Of a DNA stretch of 41,122 bases, positions 15,586-23,308 are shown piece by piece. Source of the DNA: an uncultured Eubacteriales bacterium (GTDB lineage Bacteria; Bacillota; Clostridia; Acetivibrionales; STF1-152); contig CAYYGK010000001.1 of assembly GCA_964471145.1 (NCBI GenBank), positions 1 through 41,122 of the forward strand, written 5' to 3'. Both the position numbers and the translations under genes were made by a program. A model generated the notes under the pieces. That model was not told the origin of the DNA, did no database searches, and saw nothing but the letters and a program-made list of their open reading frames with translations. Every line of letters starts with the position of its first letter. The first letter of the stretch is position 1.

Positions 15586-16769
15586 AAATACTGAAAACGA
15601 AAGACCTTTCAATAGGATATGAGGGCAGGGAGGTTGTCGGTGGTATCGAAATGGAGGTAGAAAGCGGTCAGATCATCTGCCTTCTCGGCCCTAACGGATG
15701 CGGCAAATCAACAATGCTCAAGACCTTCTCTTCACTGCTTGCCCCTGTCAGCGGAAACGTATACATTGAGGAAAAGCCTTTGAAAAGCATACGCAAAAAA
15801 AAGCTGTCGAAAACAATGGCAGTGGTGCTTACAGAACGCCTGTCAGTCGGTCTGCTGACTGCGTTTGAGGTTGCTGCAATGGGCAGGTATCCCCATACCG
15901 GACTTTTTGGGAAGCTGACTCACAGGGACAGGGATGTTGTATGGGAGTGCATACGCATGGTCAAAGCTGAGCATATCGCAGAGAGGCATTTTAACGAACT
16001 AAGCGACGGGGAGAGACAGAAAATCCTGCTTGCAAGGGCGCTTGCACAGGAACCCAGGCTGATTATACTGGATGAGCCCACCACGCACCTTGATGTAAGG
16101 AATAAAATTGAGGTAATGGCTATACTTAAAAGACTGAGCAGGCAAAAGGGTATAACGGTGATTCTCTCACTCCATGAGGTTGATCTGGCAATGAAAACCT
16201 GTGACAGTGCTGTTTTTCTCAAGGACGGCAGGATTATGTATTTCGGAGCACCCGATGAGACAGAAGGAAAGGAAAATATAGCAAAGCTTTATGATATTGA
16301 AGGCACTGCAGGCTTTAGTTTGCTGCTGGGTTCTGTGGAGATGGTAAACCGTGGCAGGCCTTCCGTTTTTGTGGTAGGAGGAAATGGGAAGGGTACACCT
16401 GTATACCGTTTTCTCACAAAGCACGATATAGGGTTTGTTACAGGTATTCTGCATGAAAATGACATTGACTGCCACATAGCAGATGCCATGGGGGCAGAAG
16501 CCATAACTGTAAAGGCTTTCAATGACATAGAAGTAAATAAGTACCAGGAAGCACTGGGGCGTCTGGAAACATCAGAGTTTGTTATAGATGCAGGCTTTCC
16601 TGTGTCTGATATGAACCGGTTCAATCTTGAGCTTGTTGCAGTGGCTCTAAAAAAGGGCATGAAGGTGTTTTCCATGAGGGGAGAAAAGGATATTAAAGAG
16701 CTGTACGGTGATAGATCAGATAGAATTATCCTCTGTGAGAGGTTGTCTGACATTGAGTTTAAACATTAG
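15582..16769 (+). CDS. ABC ATP-binding protein (FepC/BtuD-like) with an uncharacterised C-terminal domain of about 140 aa
   Basis: Walker A GPNGCGKST, signature LSDGERQK, Walker B LIILDEPTTHLD. ATGA overlap with the permease. Residues from about 255 to 395 lie outside the ABC core. Confidence 0.9.
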   Translation: MKILKTKDLSIGYEGREVVGGIEMEVESGQIICLLGPNGCGKSTMLKTFSSLLAPVSGNVYIEEKPLKSIRKKKLSKTMAVVLTERLSVGLLTAFEVAAMGRYPHTGLFGKLTHRDRDVVWECIRMVKAEHIAERHFNELSDGERQKILLARALAQEPRLIILDEPTTHLDVRNKIEVMAILKRLSRQKGITVILSLHEVDLAMKTCDSAVFLKDGRIMYFGAPDETEGKENIAKLYDIEGTAGFSLLLGSVEMVNRGRPSVFVVGGNGKGTPVYRFLTKHDIGFVTGILHENDIDCHIADAMGAEAITVKAFNDIEVNKYQEALGRLETSEFVIDAGFPVSDMNRFNLELVAVALKKGMKVFSMRGEKDIKELYGDRSDRIILCERLSDIEFKH

Positions 16770-16877
16770 AAAAAAACACACCAGGTTCAAGTGCATTGGG
16801 TAAGTTGAACATGAGGGAGGCTGTATAGTCTGCAGCAGCTGTGGTTTTTCAAAACATGTGTAGAATCTTCCGGATAT

Positions 16878-16937
16878 TTAGCTAATACGATTGACAACAT
16901 AGCTAATATGATATATAATACTCGCAGTTAGCTAAAA
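16878..16937 (+). promoter_or_regulatory. Perfect consensus promoter TTGACA-17-TATAAT (16891-16919) interleaved with three TTAGCTAA palindromic boxes
   Basis: TTAGCTAA at 16878-16885, ATAGCTAA at 16899-16906 (7 of 8 positions), TTAGCTAA at 16928-16935. The 8-mer is self-complementary. Confidence 0.6.
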
Positions 16938-16951
16938 TAAAAGGGCGTGAT

Positions 16952-17671
16952 ATTATTAAGGTACCGTCAACCAAAGTACAGAACAACTTCGGCAAGTATC
17001 TGAAAATCGCATCCCAGTGTGAGGATGTCATAGTTACCAGAAAGGGCAGGGAAATAGCTAAGATGATTTCCTGCTCCCCTGAGAGCCTTATTGCTGAAGA
17101 GGCAGCTGGATATAGTTACACGGGAGGGCCCAGGGTAACTTATGAAGAATTCCTGCAGCTTACGAAAGACTCGGAGTCAAGGTATGAGCTTATTGACGGT
17201 GAGGTCTTCAAGCTTGAGTCACCAAGTTATTTTCATCAGACTGCAGTTGACGAGATATATGTCAATTTTCACAATTGGTTCAAAGGGGAAAAATGCAGGC
17301 CCCTTACTTCACCTTTTGATGTGACTTTGAATAAGCTTGATGACATAAATGTAGTACAGCCTGATATCATAGTCATATGTGATACGGAGAACATTGATGA
17401 AAAGGGCAGGTACAAGGGAGTACCCGCTCTCGTGGTGGAGGTTCTTTCACCATCTACCAGGGACAAGGACATGATGAAAAAGGTCAATCTTTTCATGTGG
17501 ACTGGTATAAAAGAGTGCTGGCTGGTTGAAACAGACAAGAGGGAAGTGTATATTTACAGCTTTAAAGATAGCAAAATAAAGGATTACAGGGTTTTTACGG
17601 GAGATATAACAGTAAACTCCGGTGTGTTTGAAGGACTTGAAATTGCCCTGCCGGAAATTTTCACGTATTAG
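16952..17671 (+). CDS. Phd/YefM-like antitoxin N-domain fused in frame to a Uma2-family (DUF820) PD-(D/E)xK endonuclease; start codon uncertain (ATT 16952/16955, or internal ATG 17063)
   Basis: The frame is open from 16919. IIKVPSTKVQNNFGKYLKIASQCEDVIVTRKGREIAKMIS resembles the Phd/YefM N-domain. It then runs VTYEEFLQL...ELIDGEV...QPDIIVI...ALVVEVLSPST, which is a Uma2 core. The SD-like AAAGGGCGTG lies at 16939-16948. Confidence 0.6.
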   Translation: MIKVPSTKVQNNFGKYLKIASQCEDVIVTRKGREIAKMISCSPESLIAEEAAGYSYTGGPRVTYEEFLQLTKDSESRYELIDGEVFKLESPSYFHQTAVDEIYVNFHNWFKGEKCRPLTSPFDVTLNKLDDINVVQPDIIVICDTENIDEKGRYKGVPALVVEVLSPSTRDKDMMKKVNLFMWTGIKECWLVETDKREVYIYSFKDSKIKDYRVFTGDITVNSGVFEGLEIALPEIFTY

Positions 17672-17674
17672 CTT

Positions 17675-17893
17675 TCATCAAAGAAAGTAGTGTTTCGTGT
17701 TTCTAAGAAAAAGGATGGGGATAATAAGGTTGCTGCTTTGGTTTAATCCGATCTGTCCAAAAAGAGATTCCGTAAAAACTGGGCAATGTTTTAATACAAA
17801 AAATTTATAATGTTGATCCTCTCTGTTGTCCCAAATGTAATAATCCCATGCGTATTATATCATTTATTAAAGATGAATTAACTATTTTAAGGC
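17675..17893 (+). pseudogene. IS91-family (Y2) transposase relic, internally deleted and frameshifted
   Basis: The fragments are VVFRVSKKKDGDNKV, SDLSKKRFRKNWAM, and after a frameshift IQKIYNVDPLCCPKCNNPMRIISFIKDELTILR. The last matches the conserved C-terminal Zn-ribbon end of IS91-like transposases. Confidence 0.6.
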
Positions 17894-17906
17894 AGCTGCT
17901 ACTGAT

Positions 17907-17936
17907 TTGCGGCAGTAATCACTGCTGTGCTATAAT
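17907..17936 (+). promoter_or_regulatory. Candidate extended -10 promoter for larB (TTGCGG-18-TGcTATAAT)
   Basis: TGCTATAAT at 17928-17936, about 44 nt upstream of the larB ATG. Confidence 0.35.
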
Positions 17937-17979
17937 ATGAGGGTATTTTTAACAGATTATCATTATGGCGGTGTGCTAA

Positions 17980-18741
17980 ATGGATATAGAAAGCATCAGG
18001 AATCTTCTTGAAGAAGTAAAGAGCGGCAGGACAGGTATTAACAAAGCGATTTCTACATTGAGAGATCTTCCGTTTGAAGACCTGGGATTTGCAAAGGTAG
18101 ACCATCACAGGAGCCTAAGGAACGGTTTTCCTGAGGTTGTGTTCGGCATGGGAAAGACACCCGGGCAGATAGCTTCTATAGTGGAAAGTCTGATAAGGAC
18201 AGACAGCAATATCATGGTGACACGTGCGGACAGGCATGCATTTGATGAGATAAAAAAAATTATACCTGATGTTGTTTATCACGAAACAGCACGCATTATA
18301 GTGATAAAGAAGAGGGATTTAAAGCCTTCAGATACAGGCATTGCTGTTGTGACAGCAGGTACATCCGACATACCTGTTGCCGAGGAGGCTGCTGTTACTG
18401 CTGAAACCATGGGTAACAATGTAGAACGAATATATGATGTCGGTGTTGCAGGAATACACCGCCTTTTTGCAAATATCGGAAAACTGTCAGATGCGGGTGT
18501 AATTGTTGTTGTGGCGGGTATGGAAGGGGCGCTTGCCAGTGTGGTGGGCGGACTGGTTGACAGGCCTGTGATAGGCGTGCCGACAAGTGTGGGCTATGGT
18601 GCAAGCTTCGGGGGACTGTCTGCGCTGCTTACCATGATTAACAGCTGTGCCAGCGGTGTAAGCGTGGTTAACATAGACAACGGTTTTGGGGCCGGGTACC
18701 TGGCCTCGATGATCAACAGGCCTGTAAGAAGCAAGGCTTAA
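17980..18741 (+). CDS. larB: Nickel-pincer cofactor biosynthesis protein LarB (PurE-like NaAD carboxylase/hydrolase)
   Basis: 253 aa. GFPEVVFGMGKTPGQI motif plus the PurE-like VVTAGTSDIPVAEEA and VVAGMEGALASVVGG. Confidence 0.85.
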   Translation: MDIESIRNLLEEVKSGRTGINKAISTLRDLPFEDLGFAKVDHHRSLRNGFPEVVFGMGKTPGQIASIVESLIRTDSNIMVTRADRHAFDEIKKIIPDVVYHETARIIVIKKRDLKPSDTGIAVVTAGTSDIPVAEEAAVTAETMGNNVERIYDVGVAGIHRLFANIGKLSDAGVIVVVAGMEGALASVVGGLVDRPVIGVPTSVGYGASFGGLSALLTMINSCASGVSVVNIDNGFGAGYLASMINRPVRSKA

Positions 18742-18757
18742 ATTATGGAGGAATGGA

Positions 18758-19969
18758 ATGAAAGCATTATATTTTGACTGTTTTTCGGGAATAAGCGGAG
18801 ACATGACACTGGGAGCACTGCTTGATCTGGGAGTTGATGAGAAGCTTTTGAAAAAAGAACTGGACAAGCTGGGGCTCAATGATGAGTTTGAACTTCACTG
18901 CAAAAAAAAGAACATGTACGGCATTACCGGTACTGATGTAACGGTAAAGCTTATCAATGAATATCATCACCATCACAAAGACGGTCACTCTCATCACCGC
19001 CATGCAAGAAACCTTAAGGACATAATGGATATTATTGAAGGAAGCACCCTCAGTTTCAGGGTGAAGGAGATATCAGCAAGGACATTCAGGGAGGTTGCAC
19101 AGGCTGAAGCAAAAGTACATGACAAGCCGCTTGATGAGGTGCATTTTCATGAGGTGGGGGCTACAGATTCAATAGTTGATATTGTGGGGAGTGCTGTCTG
19201 CATAGACCTGCTTGGCATTGAGAGAATATATTCATCTGCTCTTCATGATGGTAAGGGGTTCGTGGAATGCCAGCACGGAAGGATACCCGTACCTGTACCG
19301 GCTGTCATGGAAATGCTAAAAGACAGCAAGATACCGTTGATAACGGAAGACATCGATACAGAGCTTGTAACACCTACCGGGCTGGCCCTTATAAAGACTG
19401 TTGCCTGTCAGTTCGGCAACATGCCTGCAATCATTATAGACAGAGTGGGCTATGGCATGGGCAAAAGGGAGACGGGCAGATTGAATGCCCTCAGGGTTAT
19501 AATGGGGGAGCTTTTTAACGAAGAGGATGCTCTTGAGGAGATAGCCATGCTTGAAACCAACATTGATGACATGACCCCGGAAGTAATGGGTTATACGATG
19601 GAAAGGCTTTTGAAGAAAGGCGCACTGGATGTTTTCTATACACCCGTATACATGAAGAAAAACCGTCCGGCTTACATGCTTACCGTGCTTGGGCACAGGG
19701 AAGATGAAGACAGGCTGGCTGATTTGATACTCAGGGAGACAACCACCCTGGGAGTAAGGAAGAGCAGGGTCCGAAGGAAGTGTCTTGAACGCAGGATTGA
19801 GAAGTTCAGGACCGAGTATGGAGAAGTGAGGGTTAAGATAGCTACGGGCGGCGAATTTACAAAAGTGACACCGGAATATGATGACTTAAAAAAGATAGCA
19901 GATGAAAAAGGCATTCCGCTGTACAAGGTTTTTGACGATATCAAAAGGAGAGTGGATAACCTTACGTGA
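18758..19969 (+). CDS. larC: Nickel insertion protein LarC (DUF111)
   Basis: 403 aa. N-terminal MKALYFDCFSGISGDMTLGALLDLGV and the His-rich tract EYHHHHKDGHSHHRH. Confidence 0.9.
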   Translation: MKALYFDCFSGISGDMTLGALLDLGVDEKLLKKELDKLGLNDEFELHCKKKNMYGITGTDVTVKLINEYHHHHKDGHSHHRHARNLKDIMDIIEGSTLSFRVKEISARTFREVAQAEAKVHDKPLDEVHFHEVGATDSIVDIVGSAVCIDLLGIERIYSSALHDGKGFVECQHGRIPVPVPAVMEMLKDSKIPLITEDIDTELVTPTGLALIKTVACQFGNMPAIIIDRVGYGMGKRETGRLNALRVIMGELFNEEDALEEIAMLETNIDDMTPEVMGYTMERLLKKGALDVFYTPVYMKKNRPAYMLTVLGHREDEDRLADLILRETTTLGVRKSRVRRKCLERRIEKFRTEYGEVRVKIATGGEFTKVTPEYDDLKKIADEKGIPLYKVFDDIKRRVDNLT

Positions 19970-20931
19970 ATGGGCTTCTTTACAACAGGTTTTCGGATTA
20001 TTTAAAAAACATTTACGGCGGCAAGGTGTACAAGCTTCCGGTTAACCTTCCGGTGACATGTCCGAACCGTGATGGAAGACTTGGCAGCAGCGGGTGTGCG
20101 TTCTGCGGCGAAGAAGGAGCAGGTTTTGAAACCCTGTCCGAAAAGTTTCCCGTTTTGGAGCAGCTTGAGAGGAATGCCGATTACATAAGCAATAAGTACA
20201 ATGCAGATATGTTCATAGCATACTTCCAGAACTACACCAATACCTACATGCCTCCGGATATGCTGGAGAAGTATCTTAAAGAGGCATGCAGGGAGGAAGT
20301 TAAAGCAATATACATATCAACACGCCCGGACTGCATAAGCAGCAGGCATGCCGGTATTATGAGGGACATTTCTGCAAGATACAAAAAGCACATCGTGGTT
20401 GAGCTGGGTCTTCAGACAGTAAACTACAAAGCACTCTCAATGCTGAACAGGGGGCATACCCTTGCAGAATTCATAGATGCTGTTATGATACTTAAAAAAC
20501 ACAATATCGGCACCTGTGCACACTGCATAATTGATCTTCCTATGGACACGGAAGAGGATGTTGTTGAAACATCAAAAATAGTATCCTCTCTGCATGTTGA
20601 CCAGGTAAAGTGCCATACACTCTATATCCTGGAGGGCACAGAACTTGGTGAACAGTACAAGTTGGGGAAGCTTAAGCCTTTGAGAATGGAAGAATATATG
20701 GAGAGAATCATACTCTTTCTTGAATACCTGGACCCGGCGGCAGTTGTGCAGAGGATTATCAGCCGTGCACCAGGGGAGAGAACGCTTTTTTGCAACTGGG
20801 GGCTCAGCTGGTGGAAGATAAGGGATATGGTTGAGAATAAAATGGTAAGGGAAGGCAGGTATCAGGGAAGGCATTTTAACTACCTTGGCGGAAGCTGCTG
20901 CAGGTTCCCGGAAACAGGAAAGCTGTACTGA
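19966..20931 (+). CDS. TIGR01212-family (YhcC/YtqA-like) radical SAM protein
   Basis: 321 aa with the CPNRDGRLGSSGCAFC cluster motif near the N-terminus. The GTG start overlaps the larC TGA (GTGA). Confidence 0.75.
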   Translation: MNGLLYNRFSDYLKNIYGGKVYKLPVNLPVTCPNRDGRLGSSGCAFCGEEGAGFETLSEKFPVLEQLERNADYISNKYNADMFIAYFQNYTNTYMPPDMLEKYLKEACREEVKAIYISTRPDCISSRHAGIMRDISARYKKHIVVELGLQTVNYKALSMLNRGHTLAEFIDAVMILKKHNIGTCAHCIIDLPMDTEEDVVETSKIVSSLHVDQVKCHTLYILEGTELGEQYKLGKLKPLRMEEYMERIILFLEYLDPAAVVQRIISRAPGERTLFCNWGLSWWKIRDMVENKMVREGRYQGRHFNYLGGSCCRFPETGKLY

Positions 20932-20958
20932 AAAACATAAAGAAAAGAGGGGCTGTAA

Positions 20959-22500
20959 TTGAAAACCGGTCACCAGACTGTAATTGTACTTGATTTCGGG
21001 GGGCAGTATAATCTCCTTATAGCAAGAAGGGTGAGGGAGGCAAACGTGTACTGCGAGGTACTGCCTTACAATACCCCTGTTGACATGATAATGGGTAAAA
21101 ATCCTGTCGGGATAATACTCACCGGGCGTCCTGCGTCAGTGACGAATGATGATGCTCCGATGTGTGACACGAAAGTTTTCTCCATAGGAGTGCCTGTCCT
21201 GGGAATATGCTATGGTATGCAGCTGATAGGAAGTGTTAAGGGAGGGAGTGTTGCCAGTTCGGTCAGCAGGGAATACGGAAGGGTTGACCTTGAGGTCGTG
21301 GCCTCATCGCAGTTGTTTAAGGGGATAGAGAAGAATACAACCTGCTGGATGAGTCATACATGCCACGTTGACAGGATGCCTTTAGGATTCAGGGTACTGG
21401 CCCGTACGCCGGGTTGTCCGGCGGCTGCGATGGGAGACAGGCAGAAAAAACTCTATGGTGTGCAGTTTCACCCGGAGGTAATGCATACACCAGGGGGAAA
21501 ACAGATTCTTGAGAATTTCCTTTATGGCATATGCGGCTGCACAGGTGACTGGAAAATGTCTTCCTTTGCAAATGAACAGATAAAGTCATTAAGAGAAAAG
21601 GCGAAAAACAGCTCTGTGCTGTGTGCACTGTCGGGAGGGGTGGATTCTTCGGTTGCTTCGGTACTTCTGAACAGGGCGGTGGGAAAAAGACTCATATGTA
21701 TATTTGTTGATCACGGTCTTCTCAGAAAGTATGAGGCAGAGCAGGTTGAAAAGGTATTCAGGGACAGGTTTGATGTAAGGCTTATAAAGGTTGATGCGCG
21801 CAGGAGGTTTCTTGACAGGCTCAAAGGTGTTCTGGATCCTGAAAAGAAACGCAAGATTATCGGTGAGGAGTTCATAAGAGTTTTTGAAGAGGAAGCGGGC
21901 AAACTGGGAAAGGTTGATTTCCTGGCCCAGGGAACCATATATCCTGATGTTGTGGAAAGCGGAACAGGGGATGCGGCCGTTATAAAGAGCCATCACAATG
22001 TCGGTGGGCTTCCCGAACATGTGGATTTCAGGGAAATCATCGAACCGTTGAGAAACCTGTTCAAGGACGAGGTCAGGAAGGTGGGAATTGAACTTGGATT
22101 ACCTGATGAGATAGTGTGGAGGCAGCCATTCCCCGGACCCGGGCTTGCTATAAGGATTATTGGTGAAGTAACGGAAGAAAAGCTTGAGACATTGAAGGAC
22201 ACCGACCATATCTTCAGGGAAGAGGTGTCCCGGGCGGGCCTTGACAGGGATTTAAACCAGTACTTCACCGTGTTAACCGATATGCGGAGCGTAGGGGTGA
22301 TGGGGGATGAGAGAACATACGACTACACGCTGGCACTGAGGGCTGTTACAACAATCGATTTTATGACAGCAGACTGGGCACGCATACCCTATGATGTTCT
22401 TGCCAGGGTATCAAACAGGATCGTAAACGAAGTACCCAGAATTAACAGGGTGGTATATGACATAACAACAAAGCCTCCTGCAACAATTGAATGGGAGTAG
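20959..22500 (+). CDS. guaA: GMP synthase (glutamine-hydrolysing)
   Basis: 513 aa. GATase domain (GICYGMQL), PP-loop SGGVDSSV, and the conserved C-terminal [11 protein letters not shown] start. Confidence 0.95.
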   Translation: MKTGHQTVIVLDFGGQYNLLIARRVREANVYCEVLPYNTPVDMIMGKNPVGIILTGRPASVTNDDAPMCDTKVFSIGVPVLGICYGMQLIGSVKGGSVASSVSREYGRVDLEVVASSQLFKGIEKNTTCWMSHTCHVDRMPLGFRVLARTPGCPAAAMGDRQKKLYGVQFHPEVMHTPGGKQILENFLYGICGCTGDWKMSSFANEQIKSLREKAKNSSVLCALSGGVDSSVASVLLNRAVGKRLICIFVDHGLLRKYEAEQVEKVFRDRFDVRLIKVDARRRFLDRLKGVLDPEKKRKIIGEEFIRVFEEEAGKLGKVDFLAQGTIYPDVVESGTGDAAVIKSHHNVGGLPEHVDFREIIEPLRNLFKDEVRKVGIELGLPDEIVWRQPFPGPGLAIRIIGEVTEEKLETLKDTDHIFREEVSRAGLDRDLNQYFTVLTDMRSVGVMGDERTYDYTLALRAVTTIDFMTADWARIPYDVLARVSNRIVNEVPRINRVVYDITTKPPATIEWE

Positions 22501-22535
22501 ATTTTGTCTTAATTTTTTGCTGTCTTTCATTTTAA

Positions 22536-23210
22536 TATTCCATTATTGAAGCTGTAGCTATGGGTGAGACAAAAACCAACGGCATATATAATAGGACTCT
22601 TATAGACAAAGGCAAGCTTTCTACCTATTTAAAAAGACTAATGGATTTGAATATTGTTAAAAGAGAATTCAGCATTGACACGAAAGCAAGAAACAAGGCA
22701 AAAGCAAGTATGGGATTGTACAAGCTTGATAATAACTATTTCAAATTCTATTTCAGGTACATATATCCATACATTTCTGAAATTGAAAAAGGAGAGCACT
22801 CTGAGGGTTACGAAAGTGTTGTGGAAAATAGCTTAAATCACTATTTGGGACATATCTTTGAAGACATTTGTATTGAATATGTTATAATAAAAAACAAGAG
22901 AAGAGAGCTGCCTGTCAGATTCTTAAAAATCGGCCGCTGGTGGAATAAGAATGAGGAAATTGATATTGTGGCATATCTTAACAGTGACTATATATTCGCA
23001 GAATGCAAATGGAGAAATGAAAAGGCCGGCTCTGAAGTTTTGTCTGAGCTTGAAAAAAGAACAGAATATGTTGTAAACAAGGATGATTTCAATAAGTACT
23101 ACTTCATTTTTTCAAAGAGCGGATTTAAAGAAAATCTGATTAATGAAAGTAAAAGCAGAAATGATGTAATATTGATGGATATTAACAAAATGAATAGTTA
23201 TAAAAATTAA
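22536..23210 (+). pseudogene. 5'-truncated paralog of the AAA+/DUF234 protein (wHTH plus DUF234 half only)
   Basis: YSIIEAVAMGETKTNG...LKRLMDLNIVKRE...EIDIVAYLNSDYIFAECKWRNEK aligns with residues from about 255 to the end of the ORF at 36398..37798. The ATPase half is missing, an in-frame TAA lies at 22533, and the ATG at 22560 has no SD. Confidence 0.65.
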
Positions 23211-23308
23211 AGCATGCATGTATTCTTGACGCAATTAAGTGCAGAATGGTATGATGTTCATTAAGTGGTATATACATCTATACATATTTCAAATGGGGGT
23301 GGGGATAC

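Noticed and set aside
18955-19000. The His-rich tract (HHHHKDGHSHHRH), considered as a possible low-complexity artefact or tag.
   Set aside because: His-rich segments are a known feature of the LarC nickel-binding region. The tract is in frame within a well-conserved protein.
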